A DNA stretch of 63,192 nt, counting the filler, from Octopus bimaculoides (lineage: Eukaryota), in the NCBI RefSeq assembly GCF_001194135.2. It is 5 parts of 4 records of this genome, joined end to end, with 100 filler letters (N's around TTAATTAATTAA, not from the genome) between each part and the next. Parts side by side here need not be neighbours in the genome. Positions count along the whole stretch, not along the records: positions 22,284 to 39,053 come from NC_068995.1; 4 more parts are not named here. One strand, 5' to 3'. Positions 25,851-39,050 of the stretch are shown piece by piece. The position numbers and the translations under genes were made by a program. Numbering within the stretch: position 1 is the first letter of the stretch; each line of letters starts with the position of its first letter. The notes under the pieces were generated by a model. The model was not told the origin of the DNA, did not search any database, and was given only the letters and a program-made list of their open reading frames with translations.

Positions 25851-26010
25851 ATTTATATAATTATATATTTATATAATTATATAATTTTCCATCTTCATTT
25901 CTCTATATTATGTAACATTAAAATGAATTACATATAATTACACCACCATATTACTTTTGTATATTCACAACCTATACAGTTGGTGAACATAAAGATTCCA
26001 AATCACATGT

Positions 26011-26067
<57 letters not shown>

Positions 26068-27420
26068 NNNNNNNNNNNNNNNNNNNNNNNNNNNNNNNNN
26101 NNNNNNNNNNNNNNNNNNNNNNNNNNNNNNNNNNNNNNNNNNNNNNNNNNNNNNNNNNNNNNNNNNNNNNNNNNNNNNNNNNNNNNNNNNNNNNNNNNNN
26201 NNNNNNNNNNNNNNNNNNNNNNNNNNNNNNNNNNNNNNNNNNNNNNNNNNNNNNNNNNNNNNNNNNNNNNNNNNNNNNNNNNNNNNNNNNNNNNNNNNNN
26301 NNNNNNNNNNNNNNNNNNNNNNNNNNNNNNNNNNNNNNNNNNNNNNNNNNNNNNNNNNNNNNNNNNNNNNNNNNNNNNNNNNNNNNNNNNNNNNNNNNNN
26401 NNNNNNNNNNNNNNNNNNNNNNNNNNNNNNNNNNNNNNNNNNNNNNNNNNNNNNNNNNNNNNNNNNNNNNNNNNNNNNNNNNNNNNNNNNNNNNNNNNNN
26501 NNNNNNNNNNNNNNNNNNNNNNNNNNNTATATATGTATAAATATATATGTATATATACATATACATATATATATGTATATACATATATATATATATATAT
26601 GTATACATATACATATATATATATATATATATACACATACATACATGCATATATATCTATGTAAGTATGTATATATGTATATGTATACATACATACATAT
26701 ATATATATGTTATATTGGTGCGCTACGGTGGATTATTTAAGACTTGGCTCTTATTTCTAGCAGCTAGATGCTCATTAAGCATCATTACGATATTTCATAG
26801 CTCCTTAAAGCTATCATAACTGCGTTCCACCAATGCTACTACTGGTGATATCATCAAATTTTGAATTTATCTACAGATGATATGAACAGTAGTGACATCT
26901 AACTTCAAATCTCAGTGTTTGAATATTTCATTTAAATATTTTTACGCACCATGTGTTCTGATTTTGGCGCAAAACAAAACCAGTTGCACAGTCAGAGACT
27001 AACGTGAACAGTCATGAATTTAAACTGGTGGTCCACACTGACGAAGCTCAAGGNNNNNNNNNNNNNNNNNNNNNNNNNNNNNNNNNNNNNNNNNNNNNNN
27101 NNNNNNNNNNNNNNNNNNNNNNNNNNNNNNNNNNNNNNNNNNNNNNNNNNNNNNNNNNNNNNNNNNNNNNNNNNNNNNNNNNNNNNNNNNNNNNNNNNNN
27201 NNNNNNNNNNNNNNNNNNNNNNNNNNNNNNNNNNNNNNNNNNNNNNNNNNNNNNNNNNNNNNNNNNNNNNNNNNNNNNNNNNNNNNNNNNNNNNNNNNNN
27301 NNNNNNNNNNNNNNNNNNNNNNNNNNNNNNNNNNNNNNNNNNNNNNNNNNNNNNNNNNNNNNNNNNNNNNNNNNNNNNNNNNNNNNNNNNNNNNNNNNNN
27401 NNNNNNNNNNNNNNNNNNNN

Positions 27421-27479
<59 letters not shown>

Positions 27480-28887
27480 GTATGCATGTATGTATATCCT
27501 GTTTTTTAACATTTAAGAAGATCAATTAGTATCTATAATACCATCTCCATATTTTTCAGCAACACTACCTTTTTATAGGCGCACAATTATAACCACTATT
27601 TTTATCCCCATAACCTGGATTAACCCTTAGTATTAACATAAAATATATCTCAATGGGGAGCTTTGACTGAGTTGAAATCGCCGACGTCATCGGGTTTTAC
27701 ATCTTGGAAGCCCTCAAGAGACGTACCCACCCACATAGGTCGGCCCTCTATAGGGACGATGGCCTGGCTATCTCAAGCCATATGAACGGCCACACTATGG
27801 ATAGATTCAGGAAGGACTTGGAAAAATATTTAAGGAGTTCGGCCTGTCCATAACGGTTACCACCAACCTGACTAAAGTTGATTTCTGGACATAACCTCAG
27901 ACTTAAATATGGGCAAGTATTACCTGTACCGAAGTCTAACGAGAAAACCGTATACATCCACAAAAGCACAAACCGTTCCCTCGCTGTAATTAGAAACCTG
28001 GTTTCAGACATTAGTAGAGATCGGCCAATAGAGAGATCTTTAACATTGCCGCCAATAGGGAGATCTTTAACAGGGCCGCCCACCACCATCCACTACAACG
28101 GCGCTTTGGTTAGGAGCGGATTTACTGAGAAGCTCACATATGTGGACAACCCCCAAACACCCTCTCTTCACCCCAAAAGGATTAGGAAAAGGAAAATTTT
28201 ATGGTATAACCCCTCCCCTTTCAACCTAAAAAGTTTCCACCAACGTAGCTAGGGGCTTCCTGTCATAATTAAGAAACAGTTCCCCAGAGGCCACAAGTAT
28301 TACAAACTCTTCAACCCCCATAATGACAAGGTGTGCTACTCCTGCTAAGACAACATCGCATCTAACATCGCACGCATCAACAGACGTAAAAATGCACCCG
28401 AACACCTCCCAACCCCAACTTGCAACTGTCAAAACCCCACCATGTGCCATGTAGAAGAATCCTGCCGTAGCCATCCTAACATCATCCGATGCCATTACTA
28501 GGCAATATACAGGTATGCCAGCTAATGACTTCAAGGGAAGATATCCCCAACATAAGCACTCGTTTAGATCCAGAGACAGAGAGAACGATACTTCCTTGTC
28601 TCGTTTTCTCTGGAGACTCCGTGACCTCCAAGACGAAACATTCAGTATCAAGTGAACTATTGTCGACAGAGTGCCACCATATTCACCATACTCTGCAACA
28701 ATCTCCAGTATCCATCAACAAGAAATACGATTTATCTTATTGTTATTACCCGAGGTATGCCCTTCTGGTAAATTTCAGGCCTCTGACTGCTGACAACCCA
28801 GATATACCATCTTAGAACCAACTAGTACTCTGCACCGCCTGCACCAAGGTCACAGCCACCAACCAAACCCATGAGTAGGACCGACAA

Positions 28888-28989
28888 TTACCAATCCCCA
28901 ACACTTACCCACCCCAAATGCTTACCAGCCCAAAACGCTTACCAATCTGCAACGTTTACCAATTCCCAAAGCTTACCAATCCCCAACGC
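28888..28989 (+). repeat. 17-bp minisatellite, 6 units, in the PLE 3' region
   Basis: ttaccaatccccaacac / ttacccaccccaaatgc / ttaccagcccaaaacgc / ttaccaatctgcaacgt / ttaccaattcccaaagc / ttaccaatccccaacgc. Confidence 0.9.
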
Positions 28990-29213
28990 TTGTTATGCGC
29001 GTGTACATTCATGCATGCACGCGCACGTGTACGCATGTGCGCGCGCATGCGTATATGTGTGTACCCTGATATGCATGCATGCGTATATACATATGTACAT
29101 ATAAATGAATACGTGTGTGTCTCTGTGCTTACATGAGCATACATGCATATGTATGCGCGTGTATTTGTGCATGTGCGCGCGCATGTTCGTTCATGTGTGT
29201 GTGTGTGTGTGTT

Positions 29214-29260
<47 letters not shown>

Positions 29261-29574
29261 ATGTGTGTGTTGTCGTGCGCACCCATGTACAGACGCACAC
29301 GCTCGCATCAATATAGGCATGCATGCAAAACCATATGAACGCATCTACAAACCCACATATACATTTGCATACTGGCAAATTCCACCCTTTCCTACTTCTC
29401 CTCAAACTACCCGATCGATTTCCTGTCCTGCACGCGGTCGGTTTCTTGTTCACCATGCGGTATTTTCGAACTAAGTGTTACCGATATATCAACATCAAAC
29501 CATGATACCGCTTGACCTTCCTCGACCAATCGCAGCTCACCTTACGGGAATCACAATCAACTTCTGTCATTGAA

Positions 29575-29635
29575 ATTCAAAATGGCTGAAGACTAGCACC
29601 ACGCTTGAAACTAAAGAGTACCAACGAATTTGAAT
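29575..29635 (+). ncRNA. Degenerate hammerhead motif at the 3' end of a Penelope-like element
   Basis: auucaaa-a-ugg-CUGAAGA-cu-agc-accac-gcu-u-GAAA-c-uaaaga-GUA-cca-acgaa-uuugaau: boxes and interrupted stem I intact; stem II closing pair mismatched. Confidence 0.6.
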
Positions 29636-30071
29636 CAAACTGTTTTGATCCATATATACCTACTCGAGTATGATGGGATTTTACACAGTTCCTGTTTACC
29701 AAATTCCATTCACGGGTTATTGATCAACTTGAAGCTATGGAAGAAGATACTTGCCCAAGGTATCAAGTCCTAGAATGAAGGAATCAAGACCTGGGAACTG
29801 CGTGGTTGTGAAATAATCTTCTGAACTGCACAGACCCACATGCTTCCACCTGAAGTATTAAATTTCATATATGTTCGTCTGGTGTTCAAATCCTGCTACT
29901 AGCATTGCATTGTTATAGCGTTCGATATGTTATATCTAAAAAATGATCGATGCTTCTCTTTCATTATTAAACACCAATGTCCCTAACAATCATTGCGATA
30001 TTTTAAATTTTCAGAGTCAACCAACCCACACGACAATGTAATACCACGAACAAAGTAGGGTTTTTCTACAC

Positions 30072-30319
30072 CAGAGGTTCTCAATTATTTTTTGCCTATG
30101 GAACCCTGTGGTTCCTATTTTTCTCTACTAGATTCTCATAGCCATTAAATGCTTAAATAAAACTTATACTTTTATAATTAAATATTATTAGGAATTGTAT
30201 AAAAAAAAGTTGCTGAAATATTTTGTGTATTGTAGAAGTATAACCAATTTATTACACATTAATCTGAACAGCAAAATATGGCCCCCAAGGGCCATGTGGA
30301 CTCCGGTTGAGAATCACTG
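30072..30319. mobile_element. hAT (Charlie-like) MITE, complete
   Basis: TIRs cagaggttctcaa / ttgagaatcactg; 8-bp target duplication ttctacac / atctacac (7/8). Related ends occur near 11060-11078, 33308-33321 and 43421-43435. Confidence 0.85.
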
Positions 30320-32370
30320 ATCTACACAGAAATAACAACCAAGTTTCTTTCAAATTATACACTATCACCTTATTAAAGGAAAACGGTATATTAAGCAATA
30401 CATACATACATACATACATACATACATACATACATACAAACAGACAGACAGACACATTTACATACGTATATACATATATATAATCTGTGGTTCATATAAA
30501 TTCACTTCCATTCAAAAACACTTCAGTATAAACACAAATTAGTGTCATGTTTGATGAGGTTTGCACTCCTGATTGGAATTAATTCACTTGCCTCCACTTA
30601 TACAACCGATATCGACACAGTATTCCCCCAGAATAGAATGTTGTCTCCATCACTGAAACTAGGTAAAACATCCAAAACCATTTGATAAACTATGTACGAG
30701 ATGAGATTAAATGAAAAACCTGGCTGCAACAAGATCGATGGAGCCATCTCCAATATATTTTATTATTTACTTATTCGTTCTCATAAATCTTATCTTTCTT
30801 TCCGCCATGAATATTCTATTTTATTTATTTTTAATTTAGTTATCCTTTCTGATATATTCAGAATATTCTGGAAGCGAAGCTGAAGCAAAGAATATTGCCA
30901 TTTTGTACAAACATAAGTGTCGAAAGTTAATTTATGGAGGAAAGTTTCTACTTTTTGGAAGTTAATCAGCGGAAGACAGTTGAGAGGAAAGGCTGTTGTC
31001 ATGTCTCATGTGGTGCCGTTTATTATGACCTCCTAAACTGATAGGGTCAATTAAATGAGGGGACAGCGCCCATGTTCAATGGTGGTGCAATGACCTCTCA
31101 AGTTACCAAAGCGGATATACTGAGAAGAAGAATATATATATCTACGAAACTTTAAGGCGTGTAGAGCTGAATCAAATTGTTTATATATGTATATATATAT
31201 ATATGTGTGTGTGTATGTGTGTGTGTGTGTGTGTNNNNNNNNNNNNNNNNNNNNNNNNNNNNNNNNNNNNNNNNNNNNNNNNNNNNNNNNNNNNNNNNNN
31301 NNNNNNNNNNNNNNNNNNNNNNNNNNNNNNNNNNNNNNNNNNNNNNNNNNNNNNNNNNNNNNNNNNNNNNNNNNNNNNNNNNNNNNNNNNNNNNNNNNNN
31401 NNNNNNNNNNNNNNNNNNNNNNNNNNNNNNNNNNNNNNNNNNNNNNNNNNNNNNNNNNNNNNNNNNNNNNNNNNNNNNNNNNNNNNNNNNNNNNNNNNNN
31501 NNNNNNNNNNNNNNNNNNNNNNNNNNNNNNNNNNNNNNNNNNNNNNNNNNNNNNNNNNNNNNNNNNNNNNNNNNNNNNNNNNNNNNNNNNNNNNNNNNNN
31601 NNNNNNNNNNNNNNNNNNNNNNNNNNNNNNNNNNNNNNNNNNNNNNNNNNNNNNNNNNNNNNNNNNNNNNNNNNNNNNNNNNNNNNNNNNNNNNNNNNNN
31701 NNNNNNNNNNNNNNNNNNNNNNNNNNNNNNNNNNNNNNNNNNNNNNNNNNNNNNNNNNNNNNNNNNNNNNNNNNNNNNNNNNNNNNNNNNNNNNNNNNNN
31801 NNNNNNNNNNNNNNNNNNNNNNNNNNNNNNNNNNNNNNNNNNNNNNNNNNNNNNNNNNNNNNNNNNNNNNNNNNNNNNNNNNNNNNNNNNNNNNNNNNNN
31901 NNNNNNNNNNNNNNNNNNNNNNNNNNNNNNNNNNNNNNNNNNNNNNNNNNNNNNNNNNNNNNNNNNNNNNNNNNNNNNNNNNNNNNNNNNNNNNNNNNNN
32001 NNNNNNNNNNNNNNNNNNNNNNNNNNNNNNNNNNNNNNNNNNNNNNNNNNNNNNNNNNNNNNNNNNNNNNNNNNNNNNNNNNNNNNNNNNNNNNNNNNNN
32101 NNNNNNNNNNNNNNNNNNNNNNNNNNNNNNNNNNNNNNNNNNNNNNNNNNNNNNNNNNNNNNNNNNNNNNNNNTCTACTTTCTTTTGTAAAGCCTGGTGC
32201 TAATTCTAGCAGGTTCTTTTGCCGAACCCCAAGTTTTCAGGAACGTAAATTCACCAACACCGGTTGTCAAGTGAACAAGCACATACACAAAGATACACAC
32301 ACATACACACACACAAACTCACATATGTATGTGCGTGTGTGTGTGTATGTATATATATATATATGTGTGT

Positions 32371-32408
<38 letters not shown>

Positions 32409-32471
32409 GTGTGCGTGTGTGCGTGTGTGTGCGTGTCTGCAAATCTAACGGAGGCCTCAAAAGACATTTTT

Positions 32472-32610
32472 AGATTCACAAGATCAGAGCTTAACTGCAG
32501 CTCTTGATGGTTCAAATCAGATATGTAATCTATGTGGGTGTCTTTTCAAACATTGTCTGGTTCAAAAATCTATATCAGACGCCATATTGGATCTAATGTG
32601 TAAGTACAAG
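32472..32610 (+). repeat. Dispersed repeat with a decayed zinc-finger-like reading (ICNLCGCLF); second copy inverted at about 38170-38335
   Basis: gatcagagcttaactgcagctcttgatggttcaaatcagatatgtaatctatgtgggtgtctttt is homologous to the reverse complement of 38245-38322. Confidence 0.7.
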
Positions 32611-32634
32611 AAGTGGTCAGACTCTGCATATATA

Positions 32635-32673
<39 letters not shown>

Positions 32674-32879
32674 GATTACTCCGAAGTAGTAATAGCGTTA
32701 CCTTTAATTCTATAATTATACACCGACTTTTAAGTCCAACATATGTTTCGATTAGTAATTGCTGCAATTGCAACCCTACTGTAAAACAGCGAAGTCTTTT
32801 CAGGGTCTTAACTAGATATACCTCGGTATGGTTGTTTATTTCGAAAATATTTTCCAAGAAACCACAAATATTACAAAAT

Positions 32880-33230
32880 TTTTAATCGAAAGAAAATTAA
32901 ATCAGGTTATTGTCAGCCGTATAGTACAAAAATTATAGCAGGAGACTGGTAAATCATTTGAGTTAATTTAAAGACAAAATAAAAGGTTTCAAATGAGCCT
33001 TGGCAAATTAATCCAATCTTTTAAGGACAGTAACAAGGACTATACGATTAAATGGGAGTTAATTTGTACTGCAAAATCATTCAGACCTGAAACCAATAGA
33101 TGTGACCTATGTTTAGAAGAATTTTACAGGATTTTAACATCCAAGTGTAATGTAATGAATTCTAGACAGGCGCAAGCATTGAGATGCTTGCAACTGAGGA
33201 AATTCCCACTATACAAGGTTTTGAAATGAT
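32880..33230 (+). mobile_element. Penelope-like element fragment (endonuclease C-terminus)
   Basis: ORF 32993-33229, SLGKLIQSFKDSNKDYTIKWELICTAKSFRPETNRCDLCLEEFYRIL, matches the PLE endonuclease tail (W..+..Y..C.LCL.E..I). Confidence 0.8.
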
Positions 33231-35447
33231 GGACTGAAAATGATTATTGCAGATAAACTTCAACAACAAAATCTTATGATGGACTCCGAAGGGTCGTATG
33301 GTCCCCGGTTGAAACCACTGGCCTGAGTCAACCCTGATGCAGCTAATATGATCAAAGATGTTCCAACTAAGACCATCCTGTCATATTTTTCACACAAGGT
33401 ATTTCTAGAACTATTATATCCAATATTTCCTTCTTTCACCAAAACGTAATGTATAATTTAAGGCGATGTGATTGCTATTTCTATCAGGATTAGAGATCGC
33501 TTAAAATCCCTTGAGTGACATGTTTAAATCTGATGAAGAAAAGGAATTTAGAGCTGGATGAATGCTCCTTCAGAGCATTGACCACTCAACTGTAACATAG
33601 GTTTTGGACCCTTTTGTTGCGGTAGCTATTGCTTATCCCGAGGTCAATCCTGATCGAGCAGGCCTATGATTAAATATGTTTTAAATTTTTGCATAGCTGA
33701 GGCAACATTATCTAACGTCTCCTTAAACAACCGGAGTCGAGGAAGATTTGGCTGTTATTTTTAATGACTGCATTGAGACTTCCTCCACTCAGGTTAAGTG
33801 GAACAAAGGGAGTTCGGTGTGTTGTAGGAAGTGGGGGGAGGACAAAATACAATAGCAGTCGTAAAGTTTGAACTTAAGACTGATTATTTTCTGCTGTAAT
33901 TTCATCAACATCTAAAACACATTATAGGAATAGTGCGTCCAAATTATGGCACAAAGCCAACAATTTCGGGGTGGGGGCTAAGTCGATTACATTGATCCCA
34001 GCGTTCAACTGGTACTTATGTTATCGACCCCGGAAGGATGAAAGGCAAAGTCGATCTCGGCGGAAATTCAACTCAGAACGTAATGGCGGACGAAATGCCG
34101 CTAAGCATTCTGGCAGCGTGCTGCCTAATATTATTGGAATATTAACCCACTTCCAGCATTTGACTGGTACTTTATTGACATTGCAACAGTGAATGGCAAA
34201 GTTTAGCGCGGCTGGATTTGAACACAGAATGTATGAATCACAGCTAATTACTTTACCCGAACTTCTAACGTTTCTGCTAAGTTGCTCAATAGTATAAATG
34301 CTCACTTCTCTACACTTTGCTTTATTTAATGGCTTTGATTATTTTCATACATTTGGGTAGCTTATATAACAACATGTCTATTACTTTCCTTCATTGTCTC
34401 TCATTAATTTCAATACCGCAGTGTTTGCTTTTAGCTTTTGTTCCCCATTTTACTTTGATGTCTGTTTTCTTTTAAATCTTCATTTTCAATCAAAAGAAAA
34501 CAATGCAATTGTGTATGTATGTATGTATGTATGTATGTATGTATGCATGTGTATATGTATGTAGATATATATGTNNNNNNNNNNNNNNNNNNNNNNNNNN
34601 NNNNNNNNNNNNNNNNNNNNNNNNNNNNNNNNNNNNNNNNNNNNNNNNNNNNNNNNNNNNNNNNNNNNNNNNNNNNNNNNNNNNNNNNNNNNNNNNNNNN
34701 NNNNNNNNNNNNNNNNNNNNNNNNNNNNNNNNNNNNNNATATATATATATATATATATATACATATATCTATGTATGTATATATGTATATGTATGTATAT
34801 TTGTATACGTATATATATGGATATATATATATATGCGCATATAAATACATACACCCATACGTACTTACGTACAAACATACATATATATACATACACATTT
34901 ATGACAATAAATGAAAATAAGTCTTTAAAAAGCCTCCCGACACTAACAAACAAATACAAACACCTTGTCACGAATTCCCATGTATTTCTTCCGATAAAAT
35001 GTTGGACCTTTGAGTTTTAATCAAAAGAAACCAACGCTTAAAGTTTTTCAGGGCAGATGCATTTGTAAGATTATAAGGCGGCCACCCCTACCTACTTCTT
35101 CGACGGTGAGAACAGTTTGAGCAATCCACAATAGAAGGCAGTGATGTCTTCTAGATTAAAAGTAATAAAATAATCTTTTATTACACAAACACAAAGACAT
35201 CGACTGAAAAGTTTCTCACGGCAATTATTAGTCAGTATTAGTTGCGTAAGTAAAAGGTGTGATCGCATCGCTAGTGTTCGAGGTTCAAAATAAAAGAAAC
35301 AAAATAATAGTTCAGCTGTGAACAGTTGATGACCTTCAGAAACATCTCCAAACAATTAGGATATGAAGCTATGAAGGGACGTCGGTGTAGTCAATCACTC
35401 CGATTGTTAAAAATAGCAGCCAACTATCCCGCAAAATCACTGTCTAA

Positions 35448-35990
35448 AACTGGTTCTCAACCGGGGTCCATATGGCCCTTAGACGGTGGGGGAGCACATA
35501 AGAGTTTGTTGTTAAAGTTTATGTGCAATAAATTGGTTACACTCATGAACGTAGCTACAGTGTGTGCCGCCAGGGGCGGCACTTCAGTTTACCGCTTCTG
35601 GACCCTCACAAAAAATACATATTGCCTCCAACAGACCCAAAAGTGGTGCCGCCCCCATAAAAGTGCCACCCCGAGCGAATCGCCCTTCCGCCCCATCTAG
35701 CTATGTTAGTGGTTATACTTGTACAATACACAAAATATTTTAATTTCTTTTTATACAATCCCTAATAATATTTAATCATAAAAATATAATAGATTTTAGT
35801 AGTGTGTGTTTATGAAACTTTTACAAGGTAAAGTGATTTCGAGGTTACGGCTCTCTCACCTATGCGCGCGCGCGCAAGCGTGTGTGTGTATACAGTGCTA
35901 AAGGCATCCATGGACTAGATAGGGAACCAGTAGAATAAAATAGGAATCAAAGGGATCCATAGGCAAAAAATGGTTGAGAACCAAACCACT
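35448..35990. mobile_element. hAT MITE (same family) with a nested GC-rich MITE at about 35545-35710
   Basis: Left end actggttctcaaccggggtcc, right end ggatccataggcaaaaaatggttgagaacca. The internal segment is bounded by cgtagctac / ctagctatg and contains gccgcc/ggcggc repeats. Confidence 0.6.
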
Positions 35991-36587
35991 AGTCTAGAGT
36001 TTTAAAGATAGTAGGATCCCGTTGTATAATGTAGTCATATGTACAATAAGTACAAAAAACGATGGCGAAGTAACACTGGAATTCTTTTAATCATCTGTTT
36101 GCTCGGACAAGATGGCACTAAACAACAACAAAAGACACAAAATGTCTGCTCGTATTTTCCAGTTACTGTTACTCTTTCAAAAGTTTCAACCAAACGCCAA
36201 GTTTATCAGCCACTTGTCTTGCTTCCTCTTTTTTTTTGTGGTGGTGGGGGAGGACCAAGGAAATAGTTTTATGCTGCAGCTGCCAAACCAGGCTACCGAT
36301 TCTACAGACTAGGAGTTTACCAATTACTCGCAGACACTAGAACAAAGAGAAACTGTTAAAGCAGTGTGAAATTCACTCTCAGTGTAGTGCTATCACCTAA
36401 TTTTAAGATTTACGCATACACGTACCGACGTGTGCACTCACACACACACGTGCACGCGTATTTATATATATATGTGTGTGTGTGATTAGATTAAGTATAA
36501 TGGGTGGTAGAATAAACCTTGAGTGACTGCATCTGGTTCATGGATGCCTTTAACAGTGAGTACACACACATACACACACATACACAT

Positions 36588-36629
<42 letters not shown>

Positions 36630-36632
36630 ACA

Positions 36633-36658
36633 TGCGAAGGTGAGTGAGCCGAAACGTC
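36633..36658 (+). ncRNA. Truncated hammerhead-like remnant followed by AATAAA
   Basis: ug-cga-a-gg-ugagugag-cc-GAAA-cguc; the 5' box is eroded by the adjacent (CA)n and stem I is absent. AATAAA lies about 27 nt downstream. Confidence 0.35.
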
Positions 36659-37258
36659 GAGGTTACGTTTCCTTGTAAAAGTTCAATAAACATACACACT
36701 ACTAAAAAGTATTGAGTTTAAATAATATTAGTTTAAAGTTAAATTGCCTTTATTATGTAACGACACACAAACATAATAGATAGATAGATAGATAGATAGA
36801 TACATACATACATACATACATACATACATACATACATACATACATACATACACAGGTATACATATATATACATCAGCACATGTATTATCTTAAACTTTAT
36901 TGTTTAGTCTGAGGATTACATTGGGTTGGTGATTCGTTTGACAAACAAATTATTCAAAGTGGTGCCCCAGCATAGCCGTAGTCTAATGACTGAAACGAAT
37001 CAAAAGCTAAACGGACAACCCTACCCTCTTCAGCACAACCCCGCCCCCGAAGACAAAAGATAGGCATGAGAAACCTTTTACTTGAAGCGAACTCACGAGA
37101 CATAGCTCACCACCAGACAGACCGCAATACAAAAATTAAAGAAAACGACTCAAGATAATTTTTCATTAGGTGTGNNNNNNNNNNNNNNNNNNNNNNNNNN
37201 NNNNNNNNNNNNNNNNNNNNNNNNATCATCATAATCATCATCATCATCATCATCATCA

Positions 37259-37319
<61 letters not shown>

Positions 37320-38399
37320 CATTATTATTAGAGAGAAATACACAGGGTTTATACTAGCTGGGGCTCATCAGACATCATAAGTAATTATTGGAGACAGTAA
37401 AAAAAAAATCCAACAAACTCCCTTTGGGTCCTGTATTATGTATATATCATATACTAGGCGACTTTGTTATCAGTTAAACTACAGACTGACTGCAATTCTC
37501 CCTTAAGTTAGGTGTAAATTATGTTTGACTTTTTAACTGTACTACTTTGACTCCGTAAGATGATTCACTTAGCATTATCAGAATAGATCATTTTATTAAT
37601 GTATAACATAAAGACGAGTCTTGACTGCGTGCTAGGTTTATGAGGCAAGAAATAAACGCATGAATTAAAGTTGAGAGTGAAATATTTGCGATGTCTCAGT
37701 ATAACTAATATCAATGATATTGCACACAATGATATTGCATAGAGATTATATCACACAGATGACATTAAACATTATAAAGTCCAATGTGAGTCTGGAATAG
37801 AAGCTATTACTATTTTCTATAGCAGAGTGAGTTGGCACCTCTAATAACACATTGCAGAGGATCACTCTATAATTGCTTTGTTAACCTCCCAGTGCTGACA
37901 TAAAATTTTCGTGTACTTTTCAAACATGAACCAGTAATTTATTTTAAGCTTATTTGCAGCTGCTCGTGTGTATGTATGTGTCTTCCGTGTGTGTGTATCT
38001 ACGGAGTATTGCATTTCTATGTGTATGATTATGTGTATTCACACGCATTTTTGTATGCGTATATCCTTTTATTTAATATGTGTATGCAAGTATATGTGTG
38101 TGTGTGTGTGTGTGTGCGTCTATTCATACATATACATATATATATATATATGGTGGTTGTCTACTCTACTCCTCGTGCAGTCTGAACATCTCTTGCACTT
38201 ACACCTTCGATACATCATGGAGTCTAATGTGGCAGACATTGTATTAAAAAGACACCCACATAGATTGCATATATGAGTTGGACCACCAAGAGCTGCAGTG
38301 AAGTTCTGATCTTTGTAGATCTTAAATATATTCACATACATACATACATGAATACATACATACACACACACACTCCAACATACAAACACGCACACATAT

Positions 38400-39050
38400 A
38401 TTAGCTGACGTACCCGGTAATTCCTGGGAAAGCGGGGTTTATCTCTTGGTTTCGTTCTCATAATTGTTTCGCTAATCCAATAACAACAATACAAAGCATA
38501 TAGCCTTTAAAACGGTTTTTGTGCATTTACAGAGAATACTGAACTGTCTTACACAGGACCTTGTTTTAGGAATTCCCAATAAGTTATGATTACCCAAATA
38601 TTGAAGTATGTTATGTAATAATATGGAATTAGTTACCAGTAGTAAGAATTCAAATGAAGTAGCTCAGAAAAGGGCTTTAATGCGTTCCCAGGGTATATAG
38701 AACATAGGAGGAAATACTAATAAATTATGTATACTAAAATCGTGAAGCATGTTATGTATTAACTGGCTAATCAGATATGGGATAATAACAATTCAAAGTA
38801 AATAACTCTGAAAAGTGCTTTTGTGCGTTCCCAGAGAATATTACCCTCAAGGGCGCTAGTGTTGGTATATTCGTGAATACGTCACTAACCGAAATAAGTA
38901 TATCTATTGTTTGGGAAAATACTATTTACTTGTTTAAGGGTTGTACTGGATAAATTGCGAAAATAACTCTAACAGTTCAAATACTAAGAAATAAGCATAC
39001 TTAATTTCCTTTTTACCAAATAATTTAGGAAAATGAATGGGTTATTTCCA
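38400..39050 (-). mobile_element. Helitron-like element 3' end and body
   Basis: Minus strand ends with hairpin cccagg-aatta-ccggg, 9 nt, then CTAA|T (CTRR before T). The body has imperfect internal repeats (gcgttcccag, gtatgttatgta). The 5' end is lost in the gap. Confidence 0.5.

Larger units (their letters stand above)
27590..29640 (+). mobile_element. Penelope-like element, decayed (RT C-half, GIY-YIG endonuclease, 3' region)
   Basis: Frame-switched translation gives MGSFD.., YRDDGLAIS (YRDD at 27749-27760), KVDFLDI, WYNPSPF, CNCQNPTMC and QYTGM..FKGRY..HKHSFRSRDRENDTSLSRFLWRL, all typical PLE motifs. Stops and frameshifts present; (CA/TG)n inserted in the 3' region; hammerhead motif at the end. 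Confidence 0.88.

Noticed and set aside
37341-37375. Minus-strand CUGAUGA followed by gcccc
   Set aside because: No stem II complement, and GAAA is replaced by uaaa; at best a dead relic.
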